Notes under the pieces: model-generated
The model's database searches: none
Told to the model about the DNA's origin: nothing
Seen by the model: only the letters and a program-made list of their open reading frames with translations
Assembly: GCA_913045065.1 (NCBI GenBank)
Contig: CAJWPX010000003.1
Location: 1-32,296 of the forward strand
Reading direction: 5' to 3'
From: an uncultured Fidelibacterota bacterium
Lineage (GTDB): Bacteria; Fidelibacterota; Marinisomatia; Marinisomatales; Marinisomataceae
Length of the DNA stretch: 32,296 bases
Program-made: the position numbers and the translations under genes
In this document: piece after piece, positions 21,217-30,343 of the stretch
Position numbering within the stretch: position 1 is the first letter of the stretch
Layout: the number at the start of each line of letters is the position of its first letter

Positions 21217-21381
21217 CTATTTTATTTCTTTAAAAACAACGTGCTTTCGAGCTACAGGATCATATTTCTTATATTCTACTTTATCAGGATGTCTATGTTT
21301 ACTTTTAGTAACAGTATAACGATACCCTGTTCCTGCAGTGCTCTCTAGTCTTATAATTGCTCTTTTGCTATTTCCCGCCAT
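21217..21381 (-). CDS. rpmG: 50S ribosomal protein L33, Cys-free form
   Basis: Not in the ORF track. Manual translation: [54 protein letters not shown] (54 aa). Confidence 0.94.
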   Translation of the reverse strand: MAGNSKRAIIRLESTAGTGYRYTVTKSKHRHPDKVEYKKYDPVARKHVVFKEIK

Positions 21382-21383
21382 TA

Positions 21384-22574
21384 TTATGAGACAACTTCAG
21401 TAACAACACCCGAACCTACAGTGTGTCCACCTTCTCTAATAGCGAATCTAAGCTCTTTATCCATAGCAATTGGTGTAATAAGCTCTACATTCATTTCAAT
21501 ATTATCACCAGGCATAACCATTTCGGTTCCTTCTGGTAATGTAACAACTCCAGTCACGTCAGTAGTTCTAAAATAAAACTGAGGCCTGTAGTTGTTAAAA
21601 AATGGAGTGTGTCTACCACCTTCATCTTTCTTTAAAACATATACTTGTGCTTTAAAGTTTGTATGAGGAGTAATTGAACCCTTAGCAGCAGCTACCATTC
21701 CTCTTTTTAAATGGTCTTTTTCAACGCCTCTCATTAACAAACCAGCATTATCACCAGCTTCACCTCGATCAAGCGTTTTTTGGAACATCTCTACACCTGT
21801 CACAACAGTTTCCATATCAGAACCTAAACCAACAAGTTCAATCTTATCGTTTACTTCTACAACTCCAGATTCGATTCTACCTGTTCCAACAGTTCCTCTA
21901 CCGGTAATACTAAATACGTCTTCTATTGGCATTAAAAATGGTTTGTCAATAGCACGTTCTGGTTGAGGAATAAATGAATCACAAGCTTCCATTAATTCGG
22001 TAATACATTTAGTAGCTTCTGCATCATCTTTATTCTCGAGCGCTTTTAAAGCACTTCCTTTAATGATAGGAATATTATCACCGTCAAATTCATATTCATT
22101 TAACAGATCTCTCAATTCCATTTCAACTAACTCTAATAGTTCAGGATCATCAACTTGATCAACTTTGTTCATGAAAACCACCATACTAGGTACATTAACC
22201 TGACGAGCTAATAAAACGTGTTCACGAGTTTGAGGCATAGGACCATCTGCAGCACTAACCACAAGAATGGCTCCATCCATTTGTGCAGCACCAGTAATCA
22301 TATTCTTGATATAGTCGGCGTGCCCAGGACAGTCAACGTGAGCATAGTGACGATTTTCAGTCTCATACTCAACATGCGCTGTTTGGATAGTAATCCCTCT
22401 TTCTCTTTCCTCAGGTGCATTATCAATAGTATCAAAAGAACGCAATTCAGCCATTCCCAAATTACTTTGGGTTTGCGTAATTGCTGCAGTCAACGTTGTT
22501 TTTCCGTGATCAACGTGACCAATAGTACCAATATTACAGTGAGGCTTATTTCTTTCAAATTTGCCTTTAGCCAT
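21384..22574 (-). CDS. tuf: Elongation factor Tu
   Basis: [45 protein letters not shown]. Confidence 0.99.
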   Translation of the reverse strand: MAKGKFERNKPHCNIGTIGHVDHGKTTLTAAITQTQSNLGMAELRSFDTIDNAPEERERGITIQTAHVEYETENRHYAHVDCPGHADYIKNMITGAAQMDGAILVVSAADGPMPQTREHVLLARQVNVPSMVVFMNKVDQVDDPELLELVEMELRDLLNEYEFDGDNIPIIKGSALKALENKDDAEATKCITELMEACDSFIPQPERAIDKPFLMPIEDVFSITGRGTVGTGRIESGVVEVNDKIELVGLGSDMETVVTGVEMFQKTLDRGEAGDNAGLLMRGVEKDHLKRGMVAAAKGSITPHTNFKAQVYVLKKDEGGRHTPFFNNYRPQFYFRTTDVTGVVTLPEGTEMVMPGDNIEMNVELITPIAMDKELRFAIREGGHTVGSGVVTEVVS

Positions 22575-22610
22575 TTTTCTCTCTCCTTATTTATAAATAA
22601 AAATTCTTTG

Positions 22611-22683
<73 letters not shown>

Positions 22684-22696
22684 ATTAAGCTTATTG

Positions 22697-22769
22697 AGCG
22701 GGCGACGAGATTCGAACTCGCGACCCTCAGCTTGGAAGGCTGATGCTCTACCAGCTGAGCTACACCCGC
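22697..22769 (-). tRNA. tRNA-Gly (TCC)
   Basis: Acceptor GCGGGTG/CGCCCGC, anticodon arm TCAGC-CTTCCAA-GCTGA, T arm GCGAGTTCGAATCTCGT. Confidence 0.95.
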
Positions 22770-22777
22770 AAAACTCG

Positions 22778-22860
22778 TGGGGAAAGAAGGATTCGAACCT
22801 CCGTAGACTTACGTCGGCAGATTTACAGTCTGCTGCCTTTAACCACTCGGCCATTTCCCC
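22778..22860 (-). tRNA. tRNA-Tyr (GTA)
   Basis: Acceptor GGGGAAA/TTTCCCC, anticodon arm GCAGA-CTGTAAA-TCTGC, long variable arm, GGTTCGAATCC. Confidence 0.95.
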
Positions 22861-22925
22861 TCAATCCCTATCCGTTATTCCTTGAGTAGGAAAAATTTTC
22901 AAATAACTCTTTACCTAAGTCGGTG

Positions 22926-22998
22926 AGCCGGCGAGAGGATTTGAACCCCCGACCCGCTGATTACAAATCAGCTGCTCTACCAACTGAGCTACACCGGC
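22926..22998 (-). tRNA. tRNA-Thr (TGT)
   Basis: Acceptor GCCGGTG/CGCCGGC, anticodon arm GCTGA-TTTGTAA-TCAGC, T arm GGTTCAAATCC. Confidence 0.95.
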
Positions 22999-23030
22999 AT
23001 ACACAATCTTACGTACGCGTGCGCGTAGGC

Positions 23031-23070
23031 AAAAACGACGAAATATAACGAAAATAAAGAGAAAATCAAA
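23031..23070 (-). promoter_or_regulatory. Putative promoter of the tRNA-tuf-rpmG-secE-nusG-rpl-rpo unit
   Basis: Minus strand TTGATT (23069-23064)-N16-TATATT (23047-23042), then TCGTCGTTTTT. Confidence 0.6.
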
Positions 23071-24453
23071 TTATTTCTTTTTGAGGAGCTTCTGAGAATC
23101 TTTTAAATCTTCAATTAACCAGCCTAATTTTTCAATTTCTCCTCTTAGCTTATCTGCTTCTTCCCATTTTTGTTGATTTCTCATTTTTTCTCTCAAAGAC
23201 GCCAATTTCTGAACTTCAGAAGGAATTTCCTGATTTTTTAAGGAAGATTGGTTAAAAACACAAAAGATAAAATTGAACCCAGCAATGAATTCTTGAGATT
23301 CTTTTATATCTTTTTCTGATAATGAATTATCATGAATTTTTTTATTCTTTTTATTGATAAAATCAAAGAATATACCCAAAGCTTCTGGGGTATTTAAATC
23401 ATCATTCAATGCATCTAAAAATCTAGTATAATCGTCTGAAATGTTTGCATTAGAACCTTCTAATGTATTTATTCCTACATGCTCTATAAAACGATTAATC
23501 TTATCTAACATTTTAGAGGAATCATCTAATTTTTTATCAGAAAAATAGATCTTGGATCTATAATGGGATGATAATAGGAATAATCTCAATGTTTCCGGTG
23601 AATATTTCCCTAACAAATCAGAGACATTAACAGTATTGCCTAAAGATTTGCTCATTTTTTCTTCTTCAAGGGTCAAATGTTCTGAATGAAGCCAATAATT
23701 TGAAAAAGTAGCATCTAGAAGAGCTTCAACTTGAGCAACTTCATTTTCATGATGAGGAAACTTTAAATCAATTCCTCCACAATGAATATCAATAGCATTT
23801 CCTAAAGATTTTGTTGCTAACACAGCACATTCTGTGTGCCAAGCAGGTCTACCGTTCCCCCATTCTGATTCCCATGTAATATCACCATCTTCTTCTTTCC
23901 AAGCTTTCCATAATGTAAAGTCTTTCTGATTTTTCTTTCCTAAGGCATTATCTTCATCATCTAAGGCTTCTGTGTTTTCTATGTTTATAAATTTTCCATA
24001 CCGACTATAGCCTTCTGTATCAAAAAAAATGTTTCCATTGGCATTATATGCATACCCTTTATCAATTAATTGTTTGATAAAATCAATCATTGCTGGTACA
24101 TGATCAGATGTTTTTGGATATTCATCGGCTTTCTCAATGTTCAATGTTTTTGAATGTTGTAAGAAAACATCATTGAACTTGGTAGTGAGTTCTTTATAAT
24201 CCATCTCACCACTATTAACTTTATCAATAATTTTATCATCAATATCAGTAATATTGACTACTTGTTTTACTTCAAAATTATTTTGAATTAACACTCGTTT
24301 TACTAAGTCATAAAAAACAAAGGTTCTAAAATTTCCTAAATGAGGAGCATCATATACCGTCGGTCCACAACAATACATCAGAACTTGATTAGGTGATAGA
24401 GATTTAAAATCTTCTTTCTGTGAAGTAGCTGAGTTGTAAAGTTTTAAGCTCAT
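23071..24453 (-). CDS. cysS: Cysteine--tRNA ligase
   Basis: CGPTVYDAPHLGN (HIGH), NITDIDDKII, DFTLWK, GRPAWHTEC, GGIDLKFPHHENE, KMSKSLGN. Confidence 0.97.
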   Translation of the reverse strand: MSLKLYNSATSQKEDFKSLSPNQVLMYCCGPTVYDAPHLGNFRTFVFYDLVKRVLIQNNFEVKQVVNITDIDDKIIDKVNSGEMDYKELTTKFNDVFLQHSKTLNIEKADEYPKTSDHVPAMIDFIKQLIDKGYAYNANGNIFFDTEGYSRYGKFINIENTEALDDEDNALGKKNQKDFTLWKAWKEEDGDITWESEWGNGRPAWHTECAVLATKSLGNAIDIHCGGIDLKFPHHENEVAQVEALLDATFSNYWLHSEHLTLEEEKMSKSLGNTVNVSDLLGKYSPETLRLFLLSSHYRSKIYFSDKKLDDSSKMLDKINRFIEHVGINTLEGSNANISDDYTRFLDALNDDLNTPEALGIFFDFINKKNKKIHDNSLSEKDIKESQEFIAGFNFIFCVFNQSSLKNQEIPSEVQKLASLREKMRNQQKWEEADKLRGEIEKLGWLIEDLKDSQKLLKKK

Positions 24454-25334
24454 TTTTCTAGCGATAATTTAATAATTTTATCAATCAAATCTTCAAAACT
24501 TAAACCAGCAGCTTTTGCTGCCATTGGAAATAAGCTTGTTTCAGTCATACCTGGAAGCGTATTAATTTCTAGTAACCAAAATTTATTGTCTTTATCCAAT
24601 CGAAAATCGACTCTTGAATATACTTGACAGCCTAACAATTTGTGAATTTTCAACGCAGTATGTTTTATCTCTTCTGATAATGAATCATCAATTTCTGCTG
24701 GACATACATAGTCAGATTCTCCTTTTGTATATTTAGATTTATAATCGTAAACACTAGAATGAGGTTTAATCTCAACTATTGGTAATGCTTTATCTCCTAA
24801 AACAGAAACAGTAATTTCTTTTCCATCAATATATTCCTCTATTAGAATATGGCTTCCATATTTAAGAGATTTATCTATTGCAGAATCAAGGTCTGATAGA
24901 CGACCAATCAAACTAAATCCAATTGTGCTTCCTTCCTTATTAGGTTTGACAACAGGTTTAAAATCAATATCAGCAACATTAAATACTTTATTATCATCTA
25001 TTAACAGCCATTTTGGTGTTAGAATATTATTATCTTTTGCGAGAATTTTAGTAAAATTTTTATCAAAACAGTGCTCTGAAGAAATTGAACTAGAACCATT
25101 ATAACATATTTTGTGATCTTCTAGAATTTTTTGTACAGATCCATCTTCTCCAAAAGTTCCATGAAGTGCTAAAAAGATAAAATCAAATTCCTGATTAAAA
25201 ATTGACTCATCAAAACCATCAAAACCTTGAACGGTATGTCCTAATTTTTTGCAAGTATTGATAATTGCTTTACCAGAATTAATAGATACTTCTCTTTCAG
25301 AAGAATCTCCACCATATATGATGCCTATATTAAT
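24450..25334 (-). CDS. ddl: D-alanine--D-alanine ligase (294 aa, apparent ATT start)
   Basis: The ORF track shows only the C-terminal half. The frame stays open upstream: (M)NIGIIYGGDSSEREVSINSG...ALHGTFGEDG...VVKPNKEGSTIG...IEEYIDGKEITV...YDYKSKY...RVDF...LEINTLPGMTETSLFP. Confidence 0.93.
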   Translation of the reverse strand: MNIGIIYGGDSSEREVSINSGKAIINTCKKLGHTVQGFDGFDESIFNQEFDFIFLALHGTFGEDGSVQKILEDHKICYNGSSSISSEHCFDKNFTKILAKDNNILTPKWLLIDDNKVFNVADIDFKPVVKPNKEGSTIGFSLIGRLSDLDSAIDKSLKYGSHILIEEYIDGKEITVSVLGDKALPIVEIKPHSSVYDYKSKYTKGESDYVCPAEIDDSLSEEIKHTALKIHKLLGCQVYSRVDFRLDKDNKFWLLEINTLPGMTETSLFPMAAKAAGLSFEDLIDKIIKLSLEK

Positions 25335-25879
25335 TGAATCTCCTTTGCTGCATGTAATAAATCTTTTGCAATGAAATCAGGTTTACATTCTTTTTTAACA
25401 TCTTCTAAGTAAGATTCTCCATATCCTGATAATAAAAAAATAGTCTTCATTTCTGCTCTTTCTCCAGCTTGTACATCTACTATTGAATCACCAATCATCA
25501 CACTATTCTTTAAATCAACATTAAAATCCTCTTTGGCTTGTAAAAACATACCAATACCCGGTTTTCTTATTGCATTAAAACCTTCATTATAGTCGTCAGC
25601 AAAATAAATCTTTCTTAATGGCAAATCTCTTTTTTCAAATTCTTCGGTAACGAATTGATGGATTTCATTTAAAGGATCAATACTAACTCTTCCAGTTGAT
25701 AAACCAGATTGATTGGTAACAATAATAAAGTTTTTAGCATGTCCTTTTAATATATCCAAAGCTTCAAATGCATAATCATAAAAATGAAAATCGGACAAGC
25801 CATTAATATAGCCATATCCAACATCATTAATTGTACCATCTCTATCTAGGAATATTGTATCAAACATACTAATTAACAT
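25325..25879 (-). CDS. gmhB: HAD class IIIA phosphatase, GmhB/HisB-N family (D,D-heptose 1,7-bisphosphate phosphatase-like)
   Basis: FLDRDGTIN, IVTNQSG, RKPGIGMF, MIGDS..DVQAG. Start may be ATG 25867. Substrate not provable from sequence. Confidence 0.8.
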   Translation of the reverse strand: MLISMFDTIFLDRDGTINDVGYGYINGLSDFHFYDYAFEALDILKGHAKNFIIVTNQSGLSTGRVSIDPLNEIHQFVTEEFEKRDLPLRKIYFADDYNEGFNAIRKPGIGMFLQAKEDFNVDLKNSVMIGDSIVDVQAGERAEMKTIFLLSGYGESYLEDVKKECKPDFIAKDLLHAAKEIQLI

Positions 25880-26426
25880 CTCTCCAATCTAAGACTTCCC
25901 AAGAATCAAAATTATTTGAAATCAATGGAACATCAAAATCTATTATATCTACTATTTCTGTTTCGAATAATGAAACACCTTCATCTTGTATTTGAAGAGA
26001 CACAATTTGTTTCGATATATTATCAAATCCAATTAGCAATAATTTAGAACCCAATGTGTAGGTTACTAAAGAAATTGATTCCTCATTATTGATTTCAGTC
26101 ATGTTATATCGAGATAATTCCCCTTTATTAAAAACATCTAATAAAGTTTCATCGGCACTTTCTATAATAATCAACTGATTATTAAAATCATAAGTTCTGA
26201 CTTCATTATTTTCTATTAGTATTATGTTTTTATTTTCTGAGAAAGTATCGAAATAAATCTGATCACCAGATATTGATAACTTTGTTTGATTTTCTAGTGA
26301 TTCTATAGATAGAATTATAGTTTTATTATCCAATTCTTCTATGAAAGAAATTATATCATCTGAAACTGTATTTTGAGTATATAAAATGCTGACTAGAAAT
26401 AATAGTTTACTATATTTCTTCATCAT
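25869..26426 (-). CDS. Exported acidic protein, probably a divergent LolA-like lipoprotein carrier
   Basis: Signal-peptide-like N-terminus, about 185 aa, beta-rich pattern (VRTYDFNNQLIII), directly downstream of ftsK where lolA commonly lies. Confidence 0.5.
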   Translation of the reverse strand: MMKKYSKLLFLVSILYTQNTVSDDIISFIEELDNKTIILSIESLENQTKLSISGDQIYFDTFSENKNIILIENNEVRTYDFNNQLIIIESADETLLDVFNKGELSRYNMTEINNEESISLVTYTLGSKLLLIGFDNISKQIVSLQIQDEGVSLFETEIVDIIDFDVPLISNNFDSWEVLDWRDVN

Positions 26427-28677
26427 TTCTGATTGTCTCTAGATAAGATTCGTCTACTAGAACTTCACGAGCTTTACTTCCAGAAAATGGACCTACTATT
26501 TTTAATCTTTCCATCTCATCAATTAAACGAGCTGCTCTCGAATAACCAATTGATAACCTTCTTTGTAATAGTGAGATTGAAGCTTGTTTGCTCACTACAA
26601 TAATCTCAATTGCCTTATTCAATAGTTCATCATTAAAATTATTTTCATTATCATTCAAGATACTTGTAGTATCTTTTATTGTTTCAATCACAAGTTCAGT
26701 TGGTTTAGGTTGTTCAGATATATAATTAACAACATCCTCAATCTCTTTAAGGGTTATAAATGCACCATGCAACCTCACAGGAGACGAAGATCCTGGTTTC
26801 TGATATAACATATCTCCTTTACCGATAAGCTTGTCTGCACCGTTTACATCAATGATTGTTCGTGAATCAATTTTCGTTGCAACTTGGAAAGCAATTCTAG
26901 CAGCAAAATTTGCTTTAATCACGCCAGTAATAACATCAACAGAAGGTCTTTGGGTTGCAATCACTAAATGAATACCAACTGCTCTTGCTAGTTGAGCTAA
27001 TCTTGCAATAGGGGCTTCAACATCTCTTGGACTATACATCATTAGATCCGCCAATTCATCTACCACCAGCACAATATAAGGCATTAAATCTTTGCTTTTC
27101 TTCTTCATGCCCTGATTGTATTCAGCAATATTCCTTTTTCCTTCATTTGCCAATAAATCATATCTTGAATCCATCTCTCTTTCAAGAGATCTAAGAGCAA
27201 GAATTGCATTTTCTTTCTTGGTTATAATTGATTCATCAATGCCTTCAAATTTCAATAAATAATGGTCTTCAAGTCCTTTATAAAGAGTCATTTCAACTTT
27301 CTTGGGATCAATGATAACAAACTTTAATTCCTCCGGTTTAAGTTGATACAATAAACTGACAATAATTGTATTCAAGGAAACAGATTTTCCAGATCCTGTT
27401 GTACCAGCAATAAGCAAATGAGGCATCTCTCCTAAATCAAGGATTGCAATATCGCCTAAGGTGCCCTTCCCAATAGCTAGCTTAAGTTTAGCATCTGACT
27501 TTAAATATTTTTCAGAATTGATTACTGATTTTAAATAAATCGTTTGTGGATTATCATTTGGAATCTCAATACCAACAAGAGATGTACCAGGAATAGGCGC
27601 TAAAACTCTTACCCTATCTGCTTCCATCACTCTTGCAATATCATCAGAAAGTTGAACAAATTTATTAACCCTCACACCCTCTGATGGTTCTATTTCAAAA
27701 AGCGTAATGATTGGACCAGTTTTAATAGAACCAGTCTTTCCTTCAACACCAAATGTTGAAATTGAATTTCTTAAAAACTCAGCTCTTTCTTTTAAATAAT
27801 CATTGCTCAAACTTTCAGAATCGATTGGAATAGATTCTAACAAATCAGCTGAAGGAAATTTCCAATCTTTACGAATAATAGATTTCTCTCTTTTTTCATC
27901 AATATCTACTTCTTTTTCTACTATTCCTTTCTCAATTGATAATTCATCTTCAACTCCCAATTTTTTTTCAGATATATCATCTGTATCGCTAATAATTTCT
28001 TCTTCGATAACATCTGAATTATCAACTAGTTCTTCATCCTCCTGTTTAATCACATCATCCAAGAAACTTTCATCTTCAATTATTTTTGGAGAATCTGAAG
28101 TCTTTTTCTTAGGAAATGAGCTCTTTATTGAATCAAATCGATTACGTATAGAAGAAATAAGTAATCCACCAATTTTATAAGAATTTAAACGGAAAAATCC
28201 TCCAACTAATAGTATCCATAAGACAGTAACCAACCCAACTAGTCCAATTGGACCAATCCAATCATGCAATAAATTCACAATCGCCCAACCTAGCAAACCA
28301 GAATATGAGCTCATATTATCTGAAAAAGATGGATAATTTTCAATCAATCCAAATGTTATCGAACTCAAGAAAATAAGTGCGGTTAAATACCGAATAACTC
28401 TATAAAGTTCAAATTTAAAATTTGAAATTAATTGAAGAGAAATTGCTAATCCAATTATTGGAATAAAATATGATCCATATCCAAATCCTAGCTTCACTAA
28501 AACATAACTAGTATACACTCCAACAATATTAAAAGGGTTATTGATATTTGCAGAAGTCAATGATGGGTCTTCAGAAGAATCATGACCAATCAATGATCCT
28601 AGAACTAACAAGGAAAAGAAACCAAGTAACCACCCAATTGTTTCTAATTTCATTTTTATGTCAGATTTCTCACTCAT
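26410..28677 (-). CDS. ftsK: DNA translocase FtsK
   Basis: N-terminal TM domain, acidic linker, PHLLIAGTTGSGKS, IDPKKVE, VVDELADLM, ATQRPSVDV, gamma domain SLLQRRLSIGYSRAARL. Confidence 0.97.
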   Translation of the reverse strand: MSEKSDIKMKLETIGWLLGFFSLLVLGSLIGHDSSEDPSLTSANINNPFNIVGVYTSYVLVKLGFGYGSYFIPIIGLAISLQLISNFKFELYRVIRYLTALIFLSSITFGLIENYPSFSDNMSSYSGLLGWAIVNLLHDWIGPIGLVGLVTVLWILLVGGFFRLNSYKIGGLLISSIRNRFDSIKSSFPKKKTSDSPKIIEDESFLDDVIKQEDEELVDNSDVIEEEIISDTDDISEKKLGVEDELSIEKGIVEKEVDIDEKREKSIIRKDWKFPSADLLESIPIDSESLSNDYLKERAEFLRNSISTFGVEGKTGSIKTGPIITLFEIEPSEGVRVNKFVQLSDDIARVMEADRVRVLAPIPGTSLVGIEIPNDNPQTIYLKSVINSEKYLKSDAKLKLAIGKGTLGDIAILDLGEMPHLLIAGTTGSGKSVSLNTIIVSLLYQLKPEELKFVIIDPKKVEMTLYKGLEDHYLLKFEGIDESIITKKENAILALRSLEREMDSRYDLLANEGKRNIAEYNQGMKKKSKDLMPYIVLVVDELADLMMYSPRDVEAPIARLAQLARAVGIHLVIATQRPSVDVITGVIKANFAARIAFQVATKIDSRTIIDVNGADKLIGKGDMLYQKPGSSSPVRLHGAFITLKEIEDVVNYISEQPKPTELVIETIKDTTSILNDNENNFNDELLNKAIEIIVVSKQASISLLQRRLSIGYSRAARLIDEMERLKIVGPFSGSKAREVLVDESYLETIRNDEEI

Positions 28678-29753
28678 TATGATAAATATGTCCCTTCTTT
28701 GTAAAACGGAAGCTTTGTTTTATGGATATCAAAGAAATTATCACGAATTTTTATTTTGAAACACTTTAATTCTTCGACATCGGGTAAATTTATATAAGCT
28801 AAAGCAATACCTAAATTTAATGATGGAGACATCCCTCCACTTGTTACAAACCCAATTTCTTTTTCTTCTAAATTGAAAATTTTATATCCACTTCTTGGAA
28901 TTGCACGATCTTTTAGTATCAAAGGAACTAATTTCCGGTTATTTTTAATATTGTTTAGTTTGTTTGAACCAATAAACTCTGTATCCAACTTAGTAATCCA
29001 TGATAAACCTGCTTCTATTGGATTTACTGATTCATCCAACTCATGACCATACAATGCATAACCCATTTCAAGTCGCAAGGAATCTCTACACCCTAATCCT
29101 ACAGGTTTTAAATCTTCTGAAGATGATAGCAATCTTTCCCACAATGATACAATTATACTATTTGGACAATATATCTCAAAACCCAATTCTCCTGAATATC
29201 CTGTTCGGGCAATCACAATTCCATCTTCATTTGGAAGCAATGTTTCATAATAATTAAGCGAATCAATCTCAGGAAAAAAAGACAATAAAACTTGTCTAGA
29301 AAGTGGTCCCTGGATAGCTAACAAACTCATCTTATCAGATATATTTTTTAGTTCTACTTTATCCATCAAATTTTTCTCAAGCCAATTGAAAATTTTCTCA
29401 GTATTTGCAGCATTGACAACCAACATATAATAATCAGATAAATTATATATTACAAAATCATCTAAGATACCGCCATCTTCATTGCAAATTGCAGTATATT
29501 GTGCTTTACCAACTTTTAACAATTCAATATCATTTGTAGTAACTTTCTGTAGAAACCGTTTAGCATTCTCTCCCTTTACAATAAATTCACCCATATGGCT
29601 CACATCAAAGAGACCAACCTTTGTTCTTACATGTTTATGTTCTTCTATAATCCTAGAGTATTGTAAAGGCATTAAGAAACTAGAGAATGGAATTAATTTC
29701 GCACCCAGCTCTTCATGGTTATTGTATAGTGAAGTTTTATAAAAATCAGTCAT
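28677..29753 (-). CDS. gcvT: Glycine cleavage system aminomethyltransferase T
   Basis: EH..VR..VGLFDVSHMGE, VVNAAN, AIQGP, ARTGYSGELGFE, GLGCRDSLRLEMG..LYGHE. Confidence 0.93.
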   Translation of the reverse strand: MTDFYKTSLYNNHEELGAKLIPFSSFLMPLQYSRIIEEHKHVRTKVGLFDVSHMGEFIVKGENAKRFLQKVTTNDIELLKVGKAQYTAICNEDGGILDDFVIYNLSDYYMLVVNAANTEKIFNWLEKNLMDKVELKNISDKMSLLAIQGPLSRQVLLSFFPEIDSLNYYETLLPNEDGIVIARTGYSGELGFEIYCPNSIIVSLWERLLSSSEDLKPVGLGCRDSLRLEMGYALYGHELDESVNPIEAGLSWITKLDTEFIGSNKLNNIKNNRKLVPLILKDRAIPRSGYKIFNLEEKEIGFVTSGGMSPSLNLGIALAYINLPDVEELKCFKIKIRDNFFDIHKTKLPFYKEGTYLS

Positions 29754-30343
29754 CTTATAGTGCTTAAAATCTTCTTTATTACATCTTCAATATTACCTTC
29801 AAAACTATTGGAATCATTTAGTTTTTTTATTGATTTATCAATTTGAGATTTTTTATATCCTAATGAGGACAAAGCAGTATAAATGTCATCTACGTTAAAA
29901 TTAATTTTTGAAGTATCCAAAGCACGCTTAGAAGAACTATCAAAAGTAATCTTCTCTTTTATCTCAATAACAATTCTTTTCGCTGTTTTTGGACCTATTC
30001 CAGGAATAAGGCTTAAAGATTGAATGTCTTCAGTAATAATGTTTTCCTTAAAATTTTGGACAGAAACATTTGATAATAAATTAATTGCTGTTCTTGGACC
30101 TATTCCAGATACTAAAATAAGTTGAATAAATAGATCTCTTCTCTCTTTGCTTAGGAAACCATATAGTTCCATTAAATTTTCTCTAACATTAAGATAAGTT
30201 AAAACATCAATCTTTTTCCCAACTGATGGTAATTTTTCATAATCTCTGATACAAATAGATATATTAAATACAAAACCATTAAGCTTTATAAAAAGATTGG
30301 TAGGTTCTTTTTTTTCTATTATGCCATGTATTGAATCAATCAT
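29750..30343 (-). CDS. ruvA: Holliday junction branch migration protein RuvA
   Basis: VREN..LYGF, two HhH motifs (VSGIGPRTA, IPGIGPKTAKRI), ALSSLGY. Confidence 0.96.
   Translation of the reverse strand: MIDSIHGIIEKKEPTNLFIKLNGFVFNISICIRDYEKLPSVGKKIDVLTYLNVRENLMELYGFLSKERRDLFIQLILVSGIGPRTAINLLSNVSVQNFKENIITEDIQSLSLIPGIGPKTAKRIVIEIKEKITFDSSSKRALDTSKINFNVDDIYTALSSLGYKKSQIDKSIKKLNDSNSFEGNIEDVIKKILSTIR

Noticed and set aside
22861-22925. 65-nt spacer between tRNA-Thr and tRNA-Tyr with short inverted repeats, considered as a degenerate tRNA or sRNA
   Set aside because: No T-arm or acceptor stem; the pairings are short, AT-rich and mutually exclusive.
24715-24760. Ddl as a Van-type D-Ala-D-Lac ligase
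   Set aside because: The omega loop YDYKSKY keeps the Tyr typical of D-Ala-D-Ala ligases, and there are no van genes nearby.
24450-24911. ddl as a truncated 153-aa gene or pseudogene
   Set aside because: The frame is open and motif-complete up to 25334; only a canonical start codon is missing.
25208-25226. 9-bp tandem duplication in ddl (GFDGFD)
   Set aside because: In frame, two copies only, in a variable region; no sign of a functional repeat.
28677-29753. gcvT as DmdA (DMSP demethylase) or YgfZ
   Set aside because: Motifs match canonical GcvT, there is no YgfZ KGCY motif, and nothing visible favours DmdA; a tree would be needed.
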